A stretch of DNA of 64,000 nucleotides from an uncultured Acidimicrobiia bacterium (GTDB lineage: Bacteria > Actinomycetota > Acidimicrobiia > Spongiisociales > UBA5794). The stretch is from contig CAWEUW010000007.1 of the NCBI GenBank assembly GCA_963812375.1, positions 560,535 to 624,534 of the forward strand, written 5' to 3'. The notes below the pieces were generated by a model, which ran no database searches, was not told the DNA's origin, and saw nothing but the letters and a program-made list of their open reading frames with translations. Of this stretch, positions 1-10,557 are shown piece after piece (the first letter of the stretch is position 1; each line of letters begins with the position of its first letter). Both the position numbers and the translations under genes were made by a program.

Positions 1-934
1 AATTCGTGGCGAGCCACCCACGGAGGTGGGCAAGCGAGTACGGGTTCTTCTTCTGCGGCATCACCACGCTGGTCCGGCTGTCGGCGTCGTCGAGCTCGAC
101 GAAGCCGAACTCGGCGGTGGCCCAGACCTGGAGATCCTCGGCGAACCGGTCGACGTTGATGAGGGTGGTCGTCGCCGCGGTGAGGGCTCGGTGGCCAGGT
201 CAGGGCCCACATCGCGTCGCGGGTGTGCTCGACGGCCCGTCGAACCCGAGGAGCTCGGCGAGGCGGGCCGATCGACGCCGAACCGGCTACCGTTGACGCT
301 TCCCGAGCCCGCCGGGCTGCGGTTGACCAGGGAGCGGGCGCAGGCGGCCCGTTGCAGGTCGCGCTCGACGGGGTAGGCGAAACCGAGGAGATAGTGCGCC
401 AGGGTGGTCGGCTGGGCCGGCTGCAGGTAGGTGTAGTCGGGCATGATTGTCGCCGGTGCACGGTGGCTTGCTCGAGCAACACGTCGGCGAAGCCGAGCAG
501 GCTCCCGCTCAGCCGTAGCAGCCGGGTGCGAACGGCGAGCTGCCAGGCGATGGTGGTCGCTCGCGGCGAGCCCTACCCAGGTGGACCAAGCCGGCGTCGT
601 CACCGAGCAGCCAGGCCAGGTGGGCGTCGCGATTGCTCTAGAGGTCTTCCACGGTGGGATCGAGGGCCAGCCCAGGTGGCACCGGGTGGAGATCCAGTAG
701 TGCGCCGAGCAACCGGAGCCCACGATCCGCATCGACGGCGCCCGCTTCGACCAGGGCGGCGAGGTGGCCGAGATCGGCGTAGCTGAGCCCTTCGAGCAGG
801 TAGGGAGCGGCAGCCAGCTCCTGGGCGAATGCCGTTTCGGCCAGTGCGCTGCTCGGCCCGACTGCGAACCTGGCGTCGACCCCGAGTGCCCCACTCGAAG
901 TGCTGCCGGTGGGGGGCACGAAGTCTTCGGTCAC
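1..934 (-). CDS. Argininosuccinate lyase-like fumarate-lyase family protein (frameshifted, runs off left edge)
   Basis: Pieces in different frames: N-terminus VTEDF...[13 protein letters not shown] (638-934), [19 protein letters not shown] and [17 protein letters not shown] (61-894), and at about 40-150 [29 protein letters not shown], the fumarate-lyase signature loop. Divergent from canonical ArgH. Confidence 0.8.
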
Positions 935-950
935 CTCGGGCCGGGCGGGC

Positions 951-2099
951 TCATGCCTCGAGCGCCCCGACCAGCGTCTCCACCACCCGTTCGATCTGGC
1001 CGGCGTCGAGCCCGTTGTGGAAGGGGAGGCGCGAGCGGACGGAGGAGATGTCGTCGGTCACCGGGCAGTCGGTGTCGCGGGCGGCGAATCGCCTCCCCGC
1101 CGACCGACGAGTGGAGGGGCACGTAGTGGAAGGTGGCCTGCACGCCATTCTGGGACATGGTGGGGAAGCACCCGGTCCCTTGTCGCCGCGTCGGGAAGGA
1201 GGACGTCGTCGCGTGGAACGCCGAACGGCGATCGGGCGGGACGACCGGCAGGCGCAGCCCCAACCGCTCCGCCAGCGGCTCGAGCAACGCCTGATAGGGC
1301 GTCATGCACGGCGCGGCGCTTGGCGAGGATCGTCTCCCGTGCGCTCCAGTTGGCCGAGGAGGTAGGCGGCGAGCAGATCCGGCAACCCGAACGACGCTCC
1401 GGTGTCGGGACCCACGAGTACTTGTCGACCTCACCCAGCATGAATGCCCGCCGGTTGGTCCCCTTGTCGTACAACACGTGCGCCCGGTCGATGTCGCTGT
1501 TGCGGTTGACGACCGGGCGCCACCCTCACCACACACGAAGTTCTTGGTCTCGTGGAAGCTAGCGACGAGAACCGGCCGAAGCTGCCCAGCGGCATGCCCT
1601 GGTACGAGCCGAACAAGCCGTGCGCATTGTCCTCGACCACGTCCACCCGCTCGTGGCCGCCGATCGGGGTGGCGCGAACCCCGGCGATGTCGCAGCCTAC
1701 CCCCGGCGTAGTGGACCGGGACCACGGCGCGCACCGAGTCGTCCATCAAGTCGGCCATATGCGCCGGGTCGATCCCGAGGGTGTCGCCCTCGATGTCGGC
1801 GGAACACGATACGGGCGCCGGCCCGCACGAAGGCCAACGCCGACGACACGAAGGTGAACGACGGGACGATCACCGTGTCGCCCGGCTCGAGGTCGAGGAG
1901 CAGCGCCGCCATCTCCAGGGCGCTGGTGCACGACGTGGTGAGCAGCACGTCGGCGGCACCGTGAGCCTCGGTGAGCAGATTCGACCACTTTCTGGCTGAA
2001 CATGCCGGACGCCGAGGTGTGCCCGCTGGCCACCGCGTCGCGCATGTACTCGATCTCGCGGCCTTCGATGGTGGGCCTGTTGAAGGGAATGCGGTCCAA
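951..2099 (-). CDS. wecE: dTDP-4-amino-4,6-dideoxygalactose transaminase (DegT/DnrJ/EryC1/StrS family), frameshifted
   Basis: MDRIPFNRP, LTTSCTSALEMAALLLDLEPGDTVIVPSFTFVSSA, SFHETKN (PLP lysine), DKGTNR...VDKYSW and FHYVPLHSS are spread over several frames and typical of WecE/RffA. Confidence 0.85.
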
Positions 2100-2168
2100 G
2101 GTTGGCTCCGGGGGGACAGGACGCCGCGAGGCTAGTAGCCACGACCGCGAAAACGTCGGGGATCGCTT

Positions 2169-3185
2169 TCATCGCGTCTTGGTGACCTTGGAGATGGTTC
2201 GGGGGCGGTCGGATCGAGGCCGCGGAGCAGGGTCAGACGGTGGGTGATCAGCTGGCTGGTGACGATGGCCACCACCGGGCTCAGCCACTCCGGGGTGGCC
2301 GGGTAGCGCACCGTCCACGGTGACGGCGCCCGGGTGGCGTTGTCGATGAGCAGGGCGTCGGCACCCAGCTCGACCACCCGCCGCGTGGAGGTCGGCGATG
2401 TCGTCGGCCACCGCCCCGGCAGCATTGAGCACGATCATCGGGAACCCTGGCTCGACCAGGGCGAGCGGGCCGTGGCGGAAGTCGGCCGAGGAGTAGCCGT
2501 GGGCGAGCAGCTGGGCCAGCTCCTGGAGCTTGAGCGCCAGCTCGAAGGCGGTGGCCAGGTGGTAGCCGCGTCCCACCACCGCCACCCGGTCGGCGCCGAC
2601 CAGGAAACGCAGCGCCGCCTCGTCGGGTGGGTCGGACAGTGCCCCGGCCACCCCGTCGGGTAGGGCGGCCAGCTCGGCATCGCCCTCACCCCGCCATGTC
2701 GCCGAGATCCTGGCCAAGGCGGCGAGCGAGGCGGTGTAGCTCTTGGTGGCGGCGATCGCCCGCTCCGGGCTGGCAGCGAGCGCCAGCAAGTGGTCGGCGT
2801 GGGCCGCGATCGGCGAGCTCGGCTCGTTGGTGATGACCAGCGTCGGGCGATTGCTCCGCCTCGCCTCGGCCATCACCTCGACCAGGTCCGGTGACGCTCC
2901 CGACTGCGAGATGGCGACCACGAAGGCGCCGTCGAGCCGGGGCGGGGCGTCGTTCGGCCCGTATAGGGCCGGGGCGGCGAACGCCGTGGTCCACCCGTTG
3001 CGGGCACCCCACAGGTATTGGGCGTAGCGGGCGGCATTGTCCGACGTGCCCCGAGCCACCAGGACCACGTGGGTGGAGGCGGCGACGCGGCGGTCGGCGG
3101 CGACGTCCTCAGCCGTCGGAAGCGTGGCGGCGAGCGTCCTGGCCACGACCTCGGGCTGCTCGTGGATCTCGTCCCACAGGGTCAC
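2169..3185 (-). CDS. SIS-domain sugar-phosphate isomerase/deaminase (GlmS C-terminal-like, probable glucosamine-6-P deaminase)
   Basis: MTLWDEIHEQP, ARGTSDNAARYA, ISQSGASPDL, ATKSYT, LELALKLQE, FRHGP; C-terminal SKVTKTR; one frameshift near 2350. Confidence 0.85.
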   Translation of the reverse strand: MTLWDEIHEQPEVVARTLAATLPTAEDVAADRRVAASTHVVLVARGTSDNAARYAQYLWGARNGWTTAFAAPALYGPNDAPPRLDGAFVVAISQSGASPDLVEVMAEARRSNRPTLVITNEPSSPIAAHADHLLALAASPERAIAATKSYTASLAALARISATWRGEGDAELAALPDGVAGALSDPPDEAALRFLVGADRVAVVGRGYHLATAFELALKLQELAQLLAHGYSSADFRHGPLALVEPGFPMIVLNAAGAVADDIADLHAAGGRAGCRRPAHRQRHPGAVTVDGALPGHPGVAEPGGGHRHQPADHPPSDPAPRPRSDRPRTISKVTKTR

Positions 3186-3224
3186 GTCGTCTCCCGGGGA
3201 TCGGTCATGCCGTGGCCGGTCGGG

Positions 3225-4749
3225 TCAGAGACCCGGGATCGGCACCGGGAGGCGGCCCGGGAACGATCCCGCCCCGAACAGGGCGCCGGCGAGGGCGGTC
3301 AGCGAGGGCTCGAGCAGCGAGTAGGTGCACAGATGCGTCGTTGCCCCGGGGTAGGCGGCCAGGTCGAACGGGGTGCGCATGGCGACGGTGATCATCCGGG
3401 GCACGGCGGCGATCAGGCGACGGGCGAGAGCTGCCTGGCCGGGGTGGACGTCGGCGGCGATGGTCCCGAGCACCGCCCGCATCATGGTCGCCGGCAGCGG
3501 CGACCGCCGCATCGATGTCAGCGGTATCGGGGTCGATGGGCACCACCATCTCGGAGACCGATCCCGCCTGGCCACGGAGCGCCACGGCGAGCCCGGCGGC
3601 CTGGAACGAGGAGGTGTCGGCCGGCGTGAGGTCGGTCGGGTGGGGCATCACCGCCAGGATTCGCTCGCCGCGGGACAGCGGGAGCGTTCCCCCGTCGCGC
3701 ACCAGGGTCAGCGAGCGGGCGGCGACCTCGGCGGCGATCGCCAGGTGCTCGGTGACCTCAGCCGCTCCAGCCCGGGTTCCCTCCTCGCCGCCAACCGCCG
3801 GCGCAGGGCGGTGAGCCGCCTGGTGGCGGCGGCATGGTCGGTCGGGTCGGAGTCGGCGATGGCGACGGTGCGCGGCCGCTGCCCGCTCCCGGTCGGTCAT
3901 GCACAGCAGGGCGTCGATGCCGGCGGCGACCAGCGAGGCGTTGGTGCCGGAGGCGGTGAAGGCCCCCATGTGGCGGTGCGTCGGAGATGACCACGCCGCC
4001 GAACCCGACCCGCCGCCGCACCACGTAACGCCGGACCGGGCTCGCCGATATGGGGGTCACCCGGTCGCCGGTGAACACCGGCACCGAGTAGTGGCCGATC
4101 ATCAGCAGGTCGACGCCGGCGGCGGCGGCCGCCCGGAAAGGGGCGAACTCGACCGCATCGAGCCGATCGTCGTCGAGGTCGAGCACCGGCAACGTGTCGT
4201 GGGGGTCGACCACGGCCTCGCCCTTGCCGGGGAAGTGCTTGGCGGTGGCGGCCACCCCGGCCTCCTGGTAGCCGGAGACCATCGCCGCCACCAGCGGGGA
4301 CGAGTCGGGGTCGTCGCCGAAGCCGCGGATGCCCAACGACGGGTTGTCCGGCCTGGTCACCACGTCGACGACCGGGGCGAGCACCACGTTGATCCCCGAG
4401 GGCGGCCAGCTCCTCGACCCAGGCCCGTCGCCACCCGCCGGGCGAGGTCCGGGTCACCGATCGGCCCCAAGGCCAGGTCGGCCCGGGAAACGGGGTGGTG
4501 ATCCCGGTGAAGGCGAGCGAGCTGACCACACTCCTCGTCGGCACAGATCAGGAATGGCAGGCCCAGGTCGGGCGAGTGCCTGCAGCGACGTGGTGAGGCG
4601 GCGGCACCTGCGTCGGCGTCGTCGACGTTCCAGTGGACACCGAGGATGAACCCTCCCGGTCGCTGCTCCGGGTGCGCCGCCACCAGCCATTCGGGCGGTT
4701 CGGGGCCTTCGAAGCCGAGGATGATGCGAGATTCGGGTGCCGTCGTCAT
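3225..4749 (-). CDS. GH3 glycoside hydrolase, beta-N-acetylhexosaminidase (NagZ-like) with C-terminal domain, frameshifted
   Basis: LAPVVDV, RGFGDDP, KHFPGKG...DPH, GVVISDA, C-terminal AMRTPFDL...YS...GRLPV. ATG at 4749 overlaps the permease stop. Confidence 0.8.
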
Positions 4750-5647
4750 CCCTTGACGGATCCGGCCAGCAGTCCCCGCACGAAGTACCGCTGGAGCCCG
4801 AGGAACACGATCAGCGGCACGACCATGGTCACGAACGCCCCGGCGGTGAGCAGGTGCCAGGCCTCGCCGCGGGTGCCGACCAGCTCGTTGAGCCGGCGGT
4901 GAGCACCGCCACCTCCAGCTCGGTGCCCAGGAAGACCAGCGCAACCAGCAGGTCGTTCCAGACCCAGAGGAACTGGAAGATCGCGAAGCGAGGCCAGCGC
5001 CGGCAGCGACAGCGGGAGGGCCAGCCGCGTGAAGCGGTGAAGTGCGACGCGCCGTCGATGAACGCCGACTCGAAGAGGTCGCCGGGCAGCTGGCGAGATG
5101 TAGTTGTACAGCAGGAAGATCGCCAGCGGCAGCCCGAAGCCGGTGTGCGCCAGCCAGACCCCGAGGAACGTGCCGTTGAGGTCCAGGCCGCTGTAGACGC
5201 GCAGCAGCGGGACCAGCGTCATCTGCAGCGGCACGACGAGCAGGCCGACCACCAACGCGAAGAGACAGCCCGCGCCGGGGAAGCGCATCCACGCGAAGGC
5301 GTAGGCGGCGAACGCGGCGATCGTCATCGGGATCACCGTCGCCGGGATCGTGACGATCAGGCTGTTGACGAACGCGTTGACCATGCCATCGGCTGGCCAG
5401 CACGTCCGACGTAGTTGGCCAGCGTCCACTGCGCCCTTCGAACGGGTGCGGCAACGCGGTCCACCAGCCGCTGGAGTGGATCGTCGACGGGGAGCGGAAC
5501 GAGCTGATCAGCAGCCCGGTGGTCGGCAGCGACCAGATCGCGGCGATGACCACGACGGACACGCGGACGAAGGTCCGCGTCCAGAGCGGCCACCGGAGCG
5601 GGCGAGGGACGGGCGCCTCGGGCGCGGCGACGACGCGGCGCGGTCAT
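4746..5647 (-). CDS. Carbohydrate ABC transporter permease (MalG/AglG-like), frameshifted
   Basis: WSLPTTGLLISSFRS, FVNSLIVTIPATV...AAYAFAWMRF, HTGFGLPLAIFLL, ending LQRYFVRGLLAGSVKG. Confidence 0.85.
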
Positions 5648-6794
5648 GCCCCGACCCCCTGGCGTCGCAGGTTCCGGATGTTGATCACCATGATCGGGAC
5701 ACGGCCAGGAACAGGATGACGGCGATGGCGCTGGCGCGGCCGTCGTTCCGGAAGCGGAACATCTCGTCGAACATCCGGTTGGCCACCACGTCGGTGTCGA
5801 AGTTGCCCGCCGGTGGTGACGTACACGATGTCGAAGACCTTGAGGATCGCGATGGCGATGGTGGTCGCCACGGTGATCAGCGATGCCCTTGATCGGCGGC
5901 ACGACGATCGGAAGAAGACCTGAGCTCGCTGGCCCCGTCGATGCGGGCGGCCTCCAGCACGTCGGTCGGCACGCCCTTGATCGCCGCCGACAGGACCACC
6001 ATGGCGAACCCGACCTGGAGCCACACCATGATCACGATCAGCGGCGAGGGTGTTGACCGGCGGCGTCTGGAACCAGGCACGGGCTCGCCGCCAGCGCCGA
6101 CCATGACCGCGTTGAGGAAGCCGATCTGCGGCTGCCCCGGGCGGCCGCCAGGCGTACACGAACCGCCAGATGACGCTGGCGCCGACCATCGAGATCGCCA
6201 GCGGCAGGAAGATGAACGTCTTGGCCAGTGCCTCCCGCCTGACCCGGTCGACCAGGGTGGCGAACACCAGGCCGATGGCACGCTGCCGCCGGTCCCCAGC
6301 ACCAGCCACAGGATGTTGTTGCGAAGGCCATGAGGTTCTCGGTCGCTGGTGAAAGCGCATCCGTAGTTGTCCAGCAGCCCGCCGTCGGGGCGGTCGGTGA
6401 CGCTGATGAACAGCGTCCGGACGGCGGGAAAGACCAGGTAGAAGCCGAGCAGGGCGCGGCCGGGAGCACGAACACAAGGCGGACGCCGCCCATCCAGGCT
6501 ACCGGAAGCTCGTCGACGAGCGTGGGCGAAGAACAGCGCCCAGATCCCGGCGATGCCCGACCACCAGGGCGACAGGGCCATGACCAGCTTGGGCGTCGGG
6601 TCGAGCCCGTACTGCTCCATCAGCGCTCGCCTGCTGGTCCAGCCGACGAGGTCGTAGAGCCGGCGAGGAAACGGGCGGTGGCTGCCTCCGCCTTGAGGAA
6701 GCCGGCGGCCAGCCACGGGCGAGAGCACGGCCAGCCCCGCCACCGCCAGGACGAGGCGGCGGCCGACTCGGGACGGCGGGACGGTCGTGGTCAT
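5644..6794 (-). CDS. Carbohydrate ABC transporter permease (MalF/AglF-like), frameshifted
   Basis: AKTFIFLPLAISMVGASVIWRFVY, WLQVGFAMVVLSAAIKGVPTDVLEAARIDGA (EAA loop), LKVFDIVYVTTGG. Confidence 0.85.
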
Positions 6795-6838
6795 GCGGCT
6801 CGCTCCGGTCGATCCGCGTGGCTCGAGGCGGTCAGGAT

Positions 6839-6867
6839 GGTCGGCGGCCGGTGTGCGCCGGCCGACC
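6839..6867. other. Intercistronic GC stem-loop downstream of the binding-protein gene (possible mRNA stabiliser/attenuator)
   Basis: GGTCGGC...GCCGACC inverted repeat between the SBP stop and the permease start; such hairpins are common after ABC SBP genes. Confidence 0.35.
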
Positions 6868-6892
6868 CCGGCGGCGCCCATCGACCGCGTCG

Positions 6893-8316
6893 TCAGGCCG
6901 CGGGCCAGCTGGCCTCGATGTCGGCGAAGACCCTCGGTGTCCTTCGCCGTCGGCGGCACCCAGTCGACCATGCCCTGCCAGAACGTGCCTGCGCCGACGT
7001 CGGCGACCATGGGGTCCGAGGCGTCGAACCGCAGCGTGTCGGCATCGGCCAGCGATCGCGGCCAGTGCGTCGTCGGGTAGGTGGTGTACCAGTCAGCGGC
7101 ACGGCCTTGTTCGGCGAGACGAATCCGCCGGCCTCGATCCATGCCTGTGCCGCCTCGGGCGTAGCCAGGTACTCGATGCAGGGCCCGAACCTCGGGACGG
7201 TCGTTGAACATGACGAACATGGTCGCCGCCGCCCAGCACCGGGTTGCCGAACTCCTCCTCGATCGGCGGGAAGTAGAAGAAGGCGCTGTCCTCACCGGGC
7301 ACGGTGCCTCTCCGGCCAGAAGTCGGGGATCCAGGCGGCCTGCTTGTGCATCCAGCACTGCGGGCCGGCCGCGTCGAACATCGGGGTCTGGGTGTCGCCG
7401 ACGATGTGGCGTTGATGGCGGTGTTGCCGCCGAACACGTAGTCGGGGGCGAACCAGATCTCTCGACATGTGCTCGGCGGCCTCGAGGACGTCGGGGTTGT
7501 TGAACGGGATCTCGTGGGCGACCCACTGGTCGTAGACCTCGGCGGCGCTGTGCGCAGCAGAATGTCCTCGATCCAGTCGGTGCCCACCCAGCCCGTAGCG
7601 TCGCCGTGCTCCATCGAGATGCACCACGGGTTGCCGTTGCCGTCGGCGACGATCTGGTCGGACAATGCGACCAGCTCGTCCCAGGTCGTCGGGATCTCGT
7701 AGCCGGCTTCGGCGAAGGCCGCCACCGGATACCACACGATCGACTTCAGATCGCTCTTGTAGTACACGCCGTAGAGGGTGTCCTCGAAGCTGCCGAGGTC
7801 GATGAAAGACTGGATGTAGTCGGTGGCGAGCTGGTCCATGTTGAACCAGTCACTCAAGGCGACAGCGCGCCTTCGGCTGGCGTAGCGCTGCATCACGCCC
7901 GGCTGGGCGATCTGGGCCAGGTCGGGGGCATTGCCACCGTCCACCCTGGTCGCTAGCACGGTCTCGTAATCGGTGATGCCCTCGTAGTTGACCTCGATGC
8001 CGGTCGCTTCCTCGAAGGGCGCCAGTGCGGCCTCAAAGTTGTCCGCCTCGGCGTCGATCCACTGGGCGAGCACGTCCACCGTGGTCCCGGCATAGTCACC
8101 CGCCTGGGCGGCTGCCAGGTTCGGGTACGGCCCGGCGGCCTCGGCCGCCGTCGTGTCCACCGCGCCGGTGGTGCCGGTCGGCGCAGCCGTGGTGCCCGGC
8201 GCCGCCGTCGTCGCCGGAGCACCGGTGGTGTCGCCGGCCTCCTCTGGCGTGTCCGCACATGCTGCGCCGATCACGGCGAGCACTGCAATCAGCAGGAACC
8301 ATCGGAATCTCCGCAT
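6893..8316 (-). CDS. ABC transporter sugar-binding lipoprotein (AglE-like family), frameshifted
   Basis: Signal peptide with lipobox IGAAC, Thr/Ala linker, then F...FEEATGIEVNYEG, PDLAQIAQPG, KSIVWYP, PWCISMEHGDATGWVGTDWIED, RFDASD. Confidence 0.85.
8131..8232 (-). repeat. Low-complexity TTxA/TTAAP linker repeats in the SBP lipoprotein
   Basis: DTTGAPATTAAPGTTAAPTGTTGAVDTTAA directly after the lipobox cysteine. Confidence 0.7.
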
Positions 8317-8342
8317 GGTGTCCATCCCCTTTCTTGTTGTGG

Positions 8343-9320
8343 TCATAGCGGTTGTGATGCGAGGTCGTCGTTGTCGGGTACCGATCCATTGATCGCCCAG
8401 CGGCGAGCGGCGAGTCCGGCGGCACCGATCGCCCCGATGGGCAACGACGGGTCGGTGATGGATATCCGTGAACTCGGGGACAGGTCGGTCGCCAACGGCG
8501 ACGCCGTCTCGATGGCGGTCATGGCGTCTCGGATGGCGGTCACCAGCGCCGGGGTGTGGTGGATGACGCCTCCGCCGACCACGATCCGCTCGACGTCGTG
8601 TGACAGGACCAGGCCGTAAAGGGCGCGGGCGAGAGCGGCGGCGATGCGATCGGCAGCAGGGACGGCGGCGGCGTCCCCGGCGGCGGCCGAGTCGAACAGG
8701 GCGGTCATCCCATTACCGTCACCGCCCCAGCGGGAGGCGGAACCCCCCGAGGCGATCGCCTCGAGGCATCCGGCGAGCCCGCAGGCGCATCGGGGCCCGG
8801 CCGGGTCGGCCACCACGTGCCCGATCTCGCCGGCGATGCCCCCCGAGCCGCGGTACAGGTCGCCGTTGAGCACGAAGCCGGCTGAGATGCCGGTGCCGAC
8901 GCTCACATAGGCGAGGCTGCGCAGCTGCGGATCGGAAGTGAGCGCGAGCGTGTAGGCGCCGTGGGCAGCGGCGCGGGCGTCGTTCTCCACATGGCTGGGC
9001 ACACCGAGCCGGTCGGCGAGGGCAGGCCCGATGTCGAGGGCGTCGTCCTCGATCCCGAGGTTGACGGCGTGGCGGGTGGAGCCGGCGGTGTCGTCGACGA
9101 TCCCGGGCACCCCGATCCCGACGGCAGCCACCTCGTCGACCGCTGCGTCGGCAATGGCGAGACGGCTCGCCTCCAGCGCCGTCGCCAGGATGGACTGCCG
9201 GCTGCCGTGGCCCGTTGGCAGGGTGGAGCGGCCGATGACGTCCACCTTCCCGGCCACGACGACTGCTTCCGTCGAGGTCCCGCCGACGTCGATACCGAGC
9301 AGCACCGGTGCCGTCACCAT
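8343..9320 (-). CDS. ROK family sugar kinase
   Basis: LLGIDVGGT (phosphate-1), VENDARAAA, VSVGTGISAG, GEIGH...CACGLAGCLE zinc motif; no HTH domain. Confidence 0.9.
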   Translation of the reverse strand: MVTAPVLLGIDVGGTSTEAVVVAGKVDVIGRSTLPTGHGSRQSILATALEASRLAIADAAVDEVAAVGIGVPGIVDDTAGSTRHAVNLGIEDDALDIGPALADRLGVPSHVENDARAAAHGAYTLALTSDPQLRSLAYVSVGTGISAGFVLNGDLYRGSGGIAGEIGHVVADPAGPRCACGLAGCLEAIASGGSASRWGGDGNGMTALFDSAAAGDAAAVPAADRIAAALARALYGLVLSHDVERIVVGGGVIHHTPALVTAIRDAMTAIETASPLATDLSPSSRISITDPSLPIGAIGAAGLAARRWAINGSVPDNDDLASQPL

Positions 9321-10438
9321 GGGATCCCCAGCTCGGAACGGAGCACGTGCAGGGCGGCACCGGCGAGCACGATGTCGTCGCCAAGCTTGCTCCAGGTGAC
9401 GGTGACGTCTTCGGCCACCTGGTCGAGCACCCGCTCGGAGATGGCGGCCCGGACGCGTGGCGCGAAGTCGTCGAAGGCGTTGAGCGGGCCGGCGAGGACG
9501 ATGTGGTGCACGTCGAGAATGGCGACGGCGGCGGCCAGGACGTGTCCCACGTGGTCGGCGGCTCGCTCGACGGCGGCCACCAGCCCGGGATGGTCGGTGT
9601 CGAGATGCCCATTGCCCTTCACCCCGGCCGTCTTCAGGATGTTGGGCACGCTGGCCACCGTCTCCAGGCAACCCCGCTTGCCGCACGTGCAGACGGCGCC
9701 ATCGGCCACGGCGAGGAGGTGCCCGATCTCTCCCGCCGCCCATGCCTCGCCGCGATGGATGGCGCCACTCAGGACGATGCCGGCGCCGACGCCGTCGCTG
9801 ATCTCGACCAGCATCAAGTTCGAGGCATCCCCCTCCTGCGCCCCGAACTCCGCCAGCGCCGCCAGCGATGTGTCGTTGCCGACGTGGGTGGGAAGCCCGG
9901 TCCGGACGGCGATGGTGTCGGCGAGGGCCACGTCGCGCCATCCGAGGTTGGTGGAGCGGAGGACGATGCCGGCGGGGTCGATGACCCCGGGGGCTCCGAC
10001 CCCGACTCCGAGCACCGGCGCCGGGGACAGCTCGACGAGCCGTGCCGCCAAGTCGGCCGCCCGGTCGAGTGCCTTGCGCCCGATGAGCCCGGTGGCTCGC
10101 AACGAGCGCCGGCGGAGCACCGCGCCGCGCAGGTCGTGGACGGCCCCGGTGAACGGCTGCCGGCTCAGGTCGAGGGTGACGATGCCCCGAGCAGCCGGTT
10201 CGAAGCGGAACATGGTGGGGGGTTTGCCGCCGGTCGACTCGCCGACCCCGACTTTGCGGAGATAGCCGTCATCGACCAGGTCACGGACGATGTCGGAGAC
10301 GCTGGCCCTGGTGAGCCCGGTGATCCTGGCGACGTCGGCGCGGCTGGTGGCCCCGGTCTCGAAGGCGATCTGCAGCACGAGCCGCCGGTTCTGGCGGCGG
10401 GCGTCCTGCCCGGTGTGCTTGGCGTTCCTCCCCGACAC
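9314..10438 (-). CDS. ROK family transcriptional repressor (NagC/XylR-like)
   Basis: N-terminal HTH SRADVARITGLTRASVSDIVRDLVDDGYL, GGKPP, ROK domain with GEIGH...CTCGKRGCLE; GTG start with GAGGGG RBS. Confidence 0.9.
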   Translation of the reverse strand: MSGRNAKHTGQDARRQNRRLVLQIAFETGATSRADVARITGLTRASVSDIVRDLVDDGYLRKVGVGESTGGKPPTMFRFEPAARGIVTLDLSRQPFTGAVHDLRGAVLRRRSLRATGLIGRKALDRAADLAARLVELSPAPVLGVGVGAPGVIDPAGIVLRSTNLGWRDVALADTIAVRTGLPTHVGNDTSLAALAEFGAQEGDASNLMLVEISDGVGAGIVLSGAIHRGEAWAAGEIGHLLAVADGAVCTCGKRGCLETVASVPNILKTAGVKGNGHLDTDHPGLVAAVERAADHVGHVLAAAVAILDVHHIVLAGPLNAFDDFAPRVRAAISERVLDQVAEDVTVTWSKLGDDIVLAGAALHVLRSELGIPW

Positions 10439-10450
10439 CGCCGCTCCCCT

Positions 10451-10490
10451 CTGAGCAACTAAGTATGGAGAGTAAACATACAAAGCTCAG
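10451..10490. promoter_or_regulatory. Putative ROK repressor operator upstream of the amino-sugar operon
   Basis: AT-rich imperfect palindrome CTGAGC-AACTAA-GTATG-N9-CATAC-AAA-GCTCAG just upstream of the repressor start. Confidence 0.5.
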
Positions 10491-10557
10491 GGCGTCAAGC
10501 GACTCTGCCCGGACTCGTTTCCCCTCCCCCGGACGGTCTTTCGTCGCCAGACGGGCC

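Noticed and set aside
931-7526. Programmed ribosomal frameshifting or phase variation in split genes
   Set aside because: Breaks are numerous, fall in unrelated conserved enzymes and show no consistent slippery motif; sequencing indels are more parsimonious.
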